A stretch of 64,000 bases of DNA from Eledone cirrhosa (taxonomy: Eukaryota): assembly GCA_964016885.1 (NCBI GenBank), contig OZ024743.1, positions 30,566,001 to 30,630,000 on the forward strand, written 5' to 3'. Below, piece by piece: positions 52,590 through 64,000 of the stretch (position 1 is the stretch's first letter; each line of letters opens with the position of its first letter). A model generated the notes under the pieces. That model made no database searches, had not been told where the DNA came from, and saw nothing but the letters and a program-made list of their open reading frames with translations. A program made the position numbers and the translations under genes.

Positions 52590-53110
52590 GTGAATGAGTT
52601 AAGAAGGACCTTGGATATCTGCAGCCGAAGTTTTTTACGGCACTCCTTTGTCTTTGCCAGGGCAGATGCTTGTCCCCGTCGATCTTTCTACTCAGGACCT
52701 TACACTCTATGTGGACTGTTTGCGTTTGTATTTTCAAGTTCTGCCTCCTATGAACACTAGGCAACAAGCCATTAAATCTTCGGTTCGAGGGACATTGCCT
52801 CGTGGACCCATGTTTTTTGTCAGAAATGACGCAGTGAGAAGTCCTCTCACGCCACCTTACGCTAGACCCTATCGCGTACTAGTACGTACAGACAAACATT
52901 TCACAATTGACTTTAGTGGAAATAGAGACACGGTCTCTATTGACAGACTAAAGCGGGACTGCACAGATGTTTTCACACCAGAGCCTCATACTCCCCCTCC
53001 TATAATGTGTCAATACAAACACCACCGCAAATGCCATAATTTCATACACACACTCATTTATCGTCAACATACGTCACGACAATTCCTAGTGGTCGTCGTG
53101 TTCATTGGCC
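52590..53110 (+). pseudogene. Ty3/Gypsy integrase C-terminal fragment
   Basis: YGTPLSLPGQ, FVRNDAVRSPLTPPYARPYRVL, DTVSIDRLK, SGRRVHWP. Confidence 0.85.
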
Positions 53111-53262
53111 CAATATACTTTGTAAAACAATTTACATATGAATTATTCTATTATTCTTTTTTTCTCTTGTTCTTGCTTTTTGTATTTGCTTTGCTTTGTT
53201 ACCTTTGCAGACATTTTCTCCTCATTTTTTATCGACTGCTTCCCAGTCTAAGCAGATGGTGA

Positions 53263-53444
53263 TGTAGAGGAATTACGTCATACCTCGCAATAGCAACATT
53301 TCATATGCAATTTTGTTGAACAGACCAATGGTAAGTGAATACATTAAATACATGGTCACCTTCTCGTTAAAACCAATATACACAATTAGAGATGAACCAG
53401 ACCAGGAAGACGAGAATACCTACTACAGGCTAACTCCTGCTACA
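53263..53444 (+). mobile_element. Probable 3' LTR of the Gypsy fragment
   Basis: TGTAGAGGA ... TCCTGCTACA inverted ends downstream of integrase. Confidence 0.5.
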
Positions 53445-53661
53445 TTCCTCCCATAATCATGTGAGGAAGAATAGAACAGTTTTCAACAAACCATGTTCTA
53501 CATGTATACGGCCTATCTGCTATACGAGACATTCTATTGTCTGTACAGAAAATCAGCTTTCGACAATAAATTTATATTTATAGAGAATTGAGTGTTAAAG
53601 GGACATTTATTTATATCATAGAAGTCAGAAACCTATCGCTGCAAGTACGAAGCAACAAACG

Positions 53662-53744
<83 letters not shown>

Positions 53745-54190
53745 GACAGTTCCCACACTATGACTTGCTTGAACAGACTACATGCATAGTAGAAACAAAA
53801 CTAATATTTTGCCTGAAGGTAAGGTCTACAATACTACCCAAAACTTTCTCAACGCAATTAAGTTCAAATTAATATATAACGTAGAGCAATCACACATGGG
53901 CATGGTTTAGTTTACCTTAAATCAATCTAGTGTCAACAAAAAAAGTATGTTGTCAATCTTATATTCTATCTCATATGCATATAAGATTCACAAAATAAAA
54001 GTTAAAAAAGCACACCTTAACCACGGATGAAATCTCATATACGAAAACAATTACCTGTCCATTAGAGTTCTTTCTAGCCTTGGCTTGGAATCACTATGTA
54101 TTCGCTGATTCCTGTATATATACAAAAATCGATAGGTACACGCACAAACACACACACTCACACACATTATCAAACACATATATGCGTGTC

Positions 54191-54234
<44 letters not shown>

Positions 54235-54725
54235 TGTGATTTGCGTGTGCGTGTGAATATTTGCTAGAATATTTGTAATAAAATAAATAAATTGTACATG
54301 TTGATTTGAAACCCACACATAGAATATTATATCGGAGCAAGTTTATGACTGTTTAAAACATATTTTTTTTTTGTATTTGCATGATACCAAACTCTATGAG
54401 GCCGTGAAAAACATACAAGCATCATGTGTAATACTATTTCGAAGTCCAGTTCTTAAATTTCATAGGATTTCCACTAATCTCTGCATATTGAGCATTCCAA
54501 AACGGTATGTACCACCATAGATTTCTGTGTCAAACCAAGTCATGTAATCTTCACATATACTTTAAAATTTCGCTTTACACACATATCTTTCCATTCATCC
54601 ACATACTCAAACATGCATCCATCCATCCCTTACTACTTACATATATTTACATACACACACATATATATATATTTAAATACACACATACGCCCACAGACAC
54701 ACATACACACACACACATACACACA

Positions 54726-54800
<75 letters not shown>

Positions 54801-54965
54801 GAAAGGTATAGAAAGTTTTGTAGCAAGAAGCCAAGAGTATTCCATAATAGATAAGTGACTATTGCGTCAACATGGGAAAATAGTTAACGTAAGATGTGGG
54901 AAAATAATTCAAACTCAATTCAAAAGTAATCAGGATATAGATTTATCCAACAGAATTTATATATA

Positions 54966-55060
<95 letters not shown>

Positions 55061-56664
55061 ATCATACACAAAACGCCAACACCAACAGTTTTGCAACAGA
55101 TGTCAACACGAATGGACCTGTTATTTTTATCTAAAGACGGTTTTTCCGATTCCAACCCGCCCGTCCCCTCAACCTATCTTACTTCTCATTCTTTCTTCTG
55201 ATTCTAGCGTCCGAAATGTTAAGACCCTCATCCTGCTATATCAAGCGTTGACCTAATATATCCTTTCCATAAATTGTACCGATTATGTCGTTTTTTTTTT
55301 TTTGTTTACCTTTAACATACATATATATATATATACATAGAGAGAGAGAGAGGAGTTATATAGGCACGAAATGTGTGGGCTTATGTGTGTGAATGAATTG
55401 TCAATTTACGTACACAATATGCTTAGAATTTTCCTGCGTTTTCGTTCCATGCTTCAATTTAACAACCTAATAGATTAATAAATGAAACGATTAATCACGT
55501 TGCAATTAAATAGAATTATATATATTGTGTATCAACCAGTGTTAGGTTTATTGCGTGTGTTGATTTTGGTGTTATAGTAATCATTACATAATTATCGATT
55601 AGGTAGTATAAATCCACTCAATAAAATATTTACTGATCGGTGTAAGTTTAAATCTTATGATGCTTTGGTATATACACATGATATGTTTTTATTACTAGGA
55701 TTGATATCAGGGCACAATTCCCATACGTTAATTTATTAATAATCTTTAGATCAGTCATATATAGCAGATATCGTTTTGCTGTATATTGTTTCATAGTTAT
55801 GAAATATTGAAAATAGTTGAACACGAAGTGTTATTCGATTAAATGTATCGTTACATATATGATAGAAAATGTAGATGAATAAAGTCATTATCTTGTTGAA
55901 AGGATATTCAGTGGTTTATAGTACTCAAATCGATAGCCAGATTTTCGTAGCTAGTTAACTAGAATAGTTATAGAACTTTCATGACTTTATTCGTTTATTC
56001 AGATCAAAAGAATTAATCAGTTTTTAGAAAAGCAATCTTTTCTTCAGACACAGGGCGTCATATATAGTAGCTTAATTGCAATTATTGTCGTGCTCTAAGA
56101 CAACCTACGGTTTGAGCGCGAACACTCACATGTATTGGATGTCAATAACTGAGGTAGTATTGAAACATAAATAGCGTCAATATTGTATATTATTCAGATT
56201 AGTGTGTAGGAATATGATTATATCATCACTTCGTCAGGTCTGAGTCACAAAAAAAGGATGGAATATTTTAATCAATACTATCGAACAGTTAAGTGTTTGA
56301 GTGTATAATTTGCGAAACACAAGAAACTGTTTGTTATTGGAACTTACATAAATATTATAGTACCTTTGTTGGCTGTTATTTCATTACTTAAGCTATTGCA
56401 TTGCGGTGACACAAGGACAGTGTCATCATGTTAGTTGTTTCTATCAATACTAGCATTTCCATTCGAGAATGTTTGCACCAAAGTGTGCCTGATCCAATAT
56501 GTGGAGATCCATTCATAACTATATATATATATATATATATATAGTAATAAGAATATTTATATTTATATCAGTTTAATACAACTATAAATATGGGAGGTGG
56601 TACTAAGTACTAGCCGGTTACCGGTATGACAAAAGGCTCAATGCAAGTATTTTACAGAGCCGAG

Positions 56665-57555
56665 ATACAAAGTGTTAAAACGACCAAATTTTACTTTAGA
56701 ACATTTATTTGCTGACAATTGTTTGTTCGAGAGGGAAGTCTGGAATATTCAGAGCATAGGAAATATCGAAACATGTGACTAAAATCCTAGTCATTCAGAA
56801 CATTTAGGGTACATAATTGTTGTTAGTGTCATAGGCATCATGTGGAGAGTCAGGAGTTAAAAAGATGTTATGCTTGAGAGAACACAATTACAGGCAGCAC
56901 TGGCTGAAAATTTTATTCAGTGGAATTTACATTTAACAAACAAACACCTATTAACTGTATACGACTCAAAATAATCCCATGGTTAATAGCCGTGAGTTAC
57001 AATCAACATATACACATACATACGAACTACAACACAAAAACACTTGAATGAAAATCACATATCCAACTCTATCATTTGCATTACACCTCACATGACACAT
57101 ATCTACATTATCACCACATACCTCTCTAACAAATTGCACACTATCTTAAACATTTCTAACAATTATAACATGCTTTAACACCCCACACAAAATATGTATA
57201 TTTCAACTGCATTATAACTCTTCCCTCATACATGCCTTATTGGTTGTATTGAGCCCTTCATTGTACACCAATTTTCTTTGCTTTTTTGCTGGTACTTTTC
57301 GCTTATACCTCTTACACTTCCAACCAGTGCTGCCCGTAATAGTCTTCTCTCAAGCATAACATATTTGTAATTCCTGACTCTCCACATGATGCCTATGACA
57401 CTAAGAACAATTGTGTACCCTAAATGTTCTGAATAACTAGCATTTTAGTCACATGATCGACATTCCCTATGCTTCGATGATTCCAGATTTCCCTCTGGAA
57501 GAAGCAATTGTCAGCAAATATATGTTCTAAACTAAAATGTGATCCTTTCAACGCT

Positions 57556-57560
<5 letters not shown>
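56665..57560. repeat. Diverged inverted repeat (~245-bp arms, ~410-bp spacer)
   Basis: 56665-56910 vs 57320-57560, e.g. GTGTCATAGGCATCATGTGGAGAGTCAGGA / TCCTGACTCTCCACATGATGCCTATGACAC. Confidence 0.9.
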
Positions 57561-57604
<44 letters not shown>

Positions 57605-57639
57605 GTAGGAGGTGAGTTTTATTGTAGTTTTATTGATCT

Positions 57640-57661
<22 letters not shown>

Positions 57662-57670
<9 letters not shown>

Positions 57671-58360
57671 GAAAGATGAAATCGAAAATGAAACTGGAGT
57701 CTTTTTTTTTTAAATATATATATTTATTTGGTTCCTTTACCGGTTTCGCAGTTCTTATGCCTTTCAAAAGTATAGTTGAGATGGAGGGTCTGTGGATTTT
57801 CTCTCATCTGGTTGGTCTTTGAATGTTAGTTGTTTTATACGGAAAAAAGACCTCGAAATGCCAGGTATTTAGAGAAGTAATTGGTTGGTGAATAAGTATA
57901 ATAAATTTCGCGCCAGTTCGCGTTACAAAGTTCTTCAAATAATGGGGCGGGGGGGGGGGGGGGGGGGGGCTCAGGTTGTTTTTTCATGTATGAGTAAAGT
58001 TTGGTTGGTTGATTCAGTCACGTGAATAAGCACATCAACTTTCGTGCCAGTGTGTGATTGAATTTCTTTTTACTTAAAAAATGTGGCTCATTAAGGCTTT
58101 TTTTTTATACATTTAATTTGATTGGTTATAAATGAAATTATGACTGTCACGTGAACAAGTTCTTTACATTTTACGCCTGTATTTGTGAGTTTATTTTGTA
58201 ACCTTTTAGAGAATTTTTTGCCAAACAAAAGGTAATGGTCAAGAGAAATAGGATGGGGAGAATTGTTCTGGTTCAATGAATATGCCTGGTTCGCTGGGGT
58301 GTCAGAATTCAGACTTTCTATTGAAATAAAGAAAGTAGAAATATGTATGTTTATTTGTGT
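57662..58360 (-). mobile_element. Solo pLTR/3' end of the Neptune-like PLE family with HHR remnant (57734-57772)
   Basis: Diverged homolog of 45651-46280. Confidence 0.9.
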
Positions 58361-59345
58361 GCTTATTCGTTACAGGAGTACCGCAAGTTAAATTTGGAAA
58401 TACTTTGTACCAGAGGAATCCTTTTTTCGAACAAGACTGTTATTTACAACGAAAATGCAATTTATAGAAGAATTGAATTTTGAGGCATGTTTATCGCCTC
58501 AAAATTAATTTCTTAATAACGACAGTGAACCCACTCGAAAAACAATTGATTATAATACAAAATTGAAAATTCTCATGAATCGGTTTGTGGTATTGCAATT
58601 TTCAGAAATCACAGAACTTTAAAATATTTTTATTTGTCAAATATTTGAATGAATTCGATTTGATATGTAATTAATTCTGGCAATATCTAAAGATTTATCT
58701 GAAGTGTAATTAACATTTTAGGTGAGATTATTGTTTTAATATCTTGAAATATCTTTTAAAAACTTTTGTTTATAAACATGCAGGTCTAGCTGCTTTTTCG
58801 GACACATTAGGAAGGAAATTACAATTTGTATGGATATTCATTATGTAGCATTAGGACTTCTCAAAAGTCCTTATTTGCTATTGAACTAAAAACTGCATAG
58901 AATTTAAATTAATTTATCTTTATGTTCTCTCAATGCACTTGTTTTCTTGCTAATGACATGTCCGGACACTAATTCTTGAAAGTTTAGCTTAAACAATTCT
59001 CCGAGTCACTATAAGAAACGAGACATTTCTGCTAATACTTGCTTCACCAATATGCCAGAATACCAAACACATCGTAATGACTAGACTGATATATGTAGGG
59101 TTTTATAAATTATTAATGATCCGCATGCAAAACGGTTGAGCTAAATCTAACTCTGTTGTTGCGGTAAATTACAGATAATGCCAATAATTACGTTCAAGTG
59201 CCTTAGCATTCAGTATTTTAGAGATGATATGTTGGAGGTAGGTGATTGATATCGTAATTAACTCGTAACTGAGATTAAAGTAAATACTTGCTATTTGCCG
59301 TATGTGGTGTGTGTGTGTGTATGTGTGTGTGCGTGTGTGTGTGTA

Positions 59346-59416
<71 letters not shown>

Positions 59417-59704
59417 GTTCTTGGGTGTGCGGTTAGGTGTGTCTATCTGAAGATGAAGTCACATGTTTGGTTTAGCTATTACCGAAGGAAAATGATCACA
59501 AAAACAATGGTTACTGCATGCGACGTATATATTTAAAGATTATAAGTGATATAATATTTCATTGGATTATATAGATAAGATCATTTCCTTACGGGGCCGT
59601 GATGAAAGGAGAATAACTCAATGATAATTCAAATCAAATCTTGAAATCAAATTGTTGTGAATAAAATATTACAATTTTGATGTGTTAGAAAAATATCAAA
59701 TAAC

Positions 59705-59822
59705 TGTCTCTACTTTAGGCACAAGGCCAGCAATCACCCAATGCATTACTGGTACTTTATTTTATCGACCCCGTAAGGATAAAAGGCAAAGTTAACCTCA
59801 GCGGGATTTGAACTCAGAATGG
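59705..59822 (-). mobile_element. SINE copy
   Basis: Nearly the same sequence as 8833-8946. Confidence 0.85.
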
Positions 59823-60504
59823 CCAAATAACATTGAGAAGAAATTACTTCTAATGTTAGTTTCAAAGAGGAATATAAAAAAAGGAACTAAAGCAGATTGC
59901 ATTATGGGAGTTGTGCTAAAGTTATATAACTTAGATAAATTATTTCCCGATATATAATAAATTATTGGCCAGGATATGTCTTTAAAATGTTCGATAAACG
60001 GCCAGTCTAGCATTGGGATAAAGGTAGTCTTGTTGTCAGGTATACGATAGAGTTGTGTTTGCACCTCACGAGATATAATCTCTCTGCTTTGACTCCTAAT
60101 GGTGTATATTCCAAATTTGTACGACTATGTCTAATAGTGAAAAAACATAGCATTGAAGCGGATTTATTTAACTTAAGATTTTTCCCATAGTTGATTCTAT
60201 ACACACACACACACACACACATACACATGTATATATATATATATATATGTATATAATTATCACTACTATTAAAGACCAGAGACCAATTCTGTAGAATCAG
60301 GTTTATTCGTTGACAGACCATGCCTTTGTGTGACCAACACATCCATGTTAAACCCTGCACGTGCACACACATATATCTATATATATATGCGCACACAGAA
60401 TTCACCACTGTCGGTTGCGGGGCCCAATCTACATGAAGAACTCAATGTGATCAGAATGACTTGTATTTTAATGTCACTGTCCTAACTTCTTATATTATGG
60501 GAAA

Positions 60505-60602
60505 ATATATATGTATATATATGTGGGTGTGTGTATGTATGTGTGGGGGTGTGTGTGTATATATATGTGTATGTATATGTGTATGTATATGTGTATGTAC
60601 AC

Positions 60603-60666
<64 letters not shown>

Positions 60667-60697
60667 GTGTATTTGGATGTATGTGTGTGTATATATA

Positions 60698-60732
<35 letters not shown>

Positions 60733-60930
60733 GTGTGTGTATGTGCATATATATGTGTGTGTGTATGTGTGTGTGTATGTGTGTGTGTATATATATGTAT
60801 GTGTGTGTGTATGTACGTGTGTATATGTATAGATGTATATATATATACATATATATATATATATGTATATATGTGTAAGTATATGTATATGTATGTATGT
60901 GTGGATGAAGGTATGTGTGTATATATAGGT
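60505..60930. repeat. (TG)/(TA) microsatellite block
   Basis: Directly visible. Confidence 0.95.
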
Positions 60931-61240
60931 GTAAGTGCACTAAATCCCTTTCTATCAATCTCCCCTCTCCTACCTACCACAGGAAAATATATATATATGT
61001 ATATTGCTTCCAACCCCTCACTGACCAGCAGCTGGCCATCTGGCCATTGCTAAATTTGACCTTTATAAAATAACCCACACCCCCAAATAACTTCTCTTTC
61101 ACTACCAGAAAGGCATCCAGCAGTCAACGAACTGCAACCAAGATGAAAACTACTGTGAAATCCCACAATGAATTTTATACTTGAATTTTCAAATCTCAAA
61201 TTTTAACTCTTCTTATTATTAATTTTTTATAATATTAATC

Positions 61241-61288
61241 AACATTTGAAAAGATGGCTTTTGCAGACCCATCGAAACCGGTCATTTT
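61241..61288 (+). ncRNA. Minimal type I hammerhead, U3-A8 core, GUC site, 5' of PLE ORF
   Basis: AACAU-UUGAAAA-GAUGG...CCAUC-GAAA-CCGG-UC-AUUUU. Confidence 0.78.
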
Positions 61289-61458
61289 TTATACCCTTTA
61301 TTATTTCCTTACCTTATAAAATTATATGTTTTTTCACAAAAAATATTCTGTCTCTTATATATTCCATGTGCCATTACCAACCTCAATTTTCTCTATAACC
61401 TTCGTTTTGTGTAGTAAATTACACTTTTCATATATACTAACCTACGCAAATACGGAAA

Positions 61459-64000
61459 ATGGCACTGGAACAAGACAACACAACTTCAAACTCCAATATA
61501 AATGAGGAAATCCTGAAAATCCTAAAAGAGATAAATGGAAAACTCACCATTCTGACAAAAAAACAGGATATACCCTAAACCACCACACCGACTGACAACC
61601 AAATTTATTTAAACGTTCAAAACGTATGCAACTCCATCGAAAAACTTATGAATACCAACACAGAACAGACGACATTGCTCCATATCAAAAACCAAATGGG
61701 ACACCTCTGGAAAAAACATCTAAAACCAGAAAATTCACTTTCTGGAATGTGATAAACAACCTCAACAAAGCTGGAATTTACCAAAAATGGATTAACTCAA
61801 CACCGATAGTTTTACTACGTAAATTCTAAATAAAGCATATTACAAACGAACCTGAACCGGAAAGAAAACTCCGTGAACAAATGTCACTCAACAGGATAAA
61901 CATGGAAATAGAACTACTAAAATTAAGGGCCACCACCAACGAGCAAGAGTATAAGAATACTGATAAAAATATGGAGGAAGGATGCACTAAAAAGGCCGAG
62001 GGAACAACCCTACAAAATTTAATCAAATCGTGGAAACAGGACTGCGAGAATGCAGAAATTATTTCCCTTAAACGGTGGGAAAAATCCGAAAACTGGTTCC
62101 TCAAATATGAAGAAGACTTTAAAAGGACGCACCAAACAGGTAACCCCTTTATAAAACATTTGAACATAACAAGAACTACAACAGACACATTTACACCACC
62201 AAACCCAACACACACTATCCACACGCACATTCCCCACCAACACAAACCAAATACGGCCAACTATACCAACAGAAACACACCCAACCACCACAACACAGGT
62301 TTCCGTAGAAATGCCCCCTACATAAACCAACGACGAAATAACATAGATCCAACTCACAACACATACACCACATTCCTCAGAAGAAATCCACCCAGACCAC
62401 TTGAAATCACAACAGAACTTACCCACAACCACACCAGACATCACCCTCAATCCAACAAAAGCCAACCCCCCAACCTCAACACTCTGTACCACAGAAATAA
62501 CGCACCCAGACCACATGAGCCAACAACAGAACCCTTGCTCATCAACAACCACAACACATGCCACCCCCAGCATCACATTCACCCTCATGAAACAACAAGC
62601 TACAGACCCACACGCAACAGACCAACAAAATATAATCACACACAAAACTACATTCCTTTTTTAGGGAAAAGCCTGAAATACCAGGATACTCGATGCCCCC
62701 CCCCCCTCCCTCAGGAGAAACCAAAAATAATCAACCTCTCAAAGACACCTCTAACCAACACACAAATCAACATTTTAAGTAAGGGCCTGAAATTTACACC
62801 TACACCACGTAAACCAAACTTCCCCGAAATGAAGGATGACATCATGGAATACTGCCGAAAGCTGCGACTAACGGAATTCTTCCACAACGACACCAACACT
62901 GAAGACGAATCACTGGTTAGAAATAAAAGCAATTTCTGCCCACAAAAGGGAAGAAATAAAGCACTGGACACGTACTGCGAACACATCACCAACTTTCCCT
63001 ATGAAAAAATTACAAATAAACACACGAAATCAAACCTATCTACACACGAATGGGAAGAATTATTCACTCTTAGAAACAACCCTGAGATAACTTTCAAAGA
63101 AGCCGATAAAGGCAGTACTGTTGTAATTATGAATACGGACTACTATAGGATCCTCGCACTTAACATTTTAGAAAACAACACATACTATGAAAAAACAGAA
63201 AACTACAAACACACCAAAACAATGGGGAACCTTTTGACCTTACTGAATAAATACCGCAACAGCTTAACCACAAAAGAGTTTAACTATATAAGCCACTTCA
63301 AATGCAATACAAGCTCTTTTTACGGCTTACCGAAACTCCACAAATGTAAACCCATAAACGATGCATGTGACACCTCAACCAACAATTACATTGAACTAAC
63401 ACCACCAGAAGACCTAAAACTCAGGCCAATTATAGCAGGCCCTACATGTCAAACCCACAGACTTAGCAACTTTCTGGACATCCTACTGAAACCCTTTCTA
63501 CAACATATACAGAGCTACATACGAGATGACCTTGACATGCTGAAACACCTCCCTAAAACAGTAAGTGCAAATATAATTCTTGTCTCCTTTGACGTAATAA
63601 ACCTCTACACAAACATACCCCACAATTATGGAATAACAGCAGTCCAATACTGGCTTAACACACACCCATCAGAAATACCGACACGCATCAACAAAGATTT
63701 TATCACTGACGGACTCCGCTTTATCCTACAAAATAACTACTTCACATTCTATGGTTCAACATACAGACAAGTATCAGGTACGGCAATGGGCACGAAAGTA
63801 GCACCCACATATGCCAACCTAATCATGGGATTCCATGAACAACAAATATACAGTCAGTCCCTTCTCTTATTTGGAGACTCTTTCCACACACACCTCAAAG
63901 CCAATTGGAAATGATATCTAGACGACTGCTTTATCCTATGGCAAGAAGACATGAACTCACTTACTATGTTTAAAAACATGATAAACAACATAGATAATAA
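61459..64000 (+). pseudogene. Neptune-like PLE with intact 5' region: coiled-coil/low-complexity N-terminal ORF followed by RT (runs off window)
   Basis: ATG 61459 (INEEILKILKEINGKL); stops/frameshift before 61881; RT motifs as in the 47-kb copy; TGA at 63912 in WK*YLDD. Confidence 0.92.

Noticed and set aside
61435-61460. TACTAAC branch-point-like motif before the PLE ATG
   Set aside because: No AG acceptor between it and the ATG and no clear donor, so an intron is not supportable from this copy
63912-63914. In-frame TGA as possible recoding or selenocysteine
   Set aside because: Replaces the conserved Arg of WKRYLDD (single-base change from CGA/AGA) in a copy with other disabling lesions; ordinary decay

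Overview
AT-rich, microsatellite-saturated animal DNA. The repeat content (tRNA-type SINE family, (TA)n/(CA)n/(GA)n density) suggests an octopus or other coleoid cephalopod; this is inference. No confident host gene was found, and most short ORFs in the track are microsatellite or antisense artefacts. The window is a retroelement pile-up: several Penelope-like elements (PLEs; RT + GIY-YIG) of a Naiad-like and a Neptune-like type, a near full-length but disabled Tx1/L1-type LINE inserted in (TAA)n plus an older copy, R4/Dong, RTE, CR1-like and Gypsy remnants, a hAT-type MITE and SINEs. The most notable unexplained structure: (i) about a dozen hammerhead-ribozyme (HHR) motifs at PLE ends, including a family with a compensated U3-A8 core and a subfamily with GCAA instead of GAAA; (ii) a retrozyme-like ~443-bp tandem repeat carrying an HHR; (iii) a candidate U_UUU_UUA -1 frameshift joining a coiled-coil ORF1 to the PLE RT; (iv) a conserved E2F/E-box/CCAAT module upstream of the HHR; (v) many long inverted repeats, including a 1.65-kb pair whose two arms share one in-frame UGA between RT and endonuclease. 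Translations outside the ORF track and all RNA folds were done by eye.
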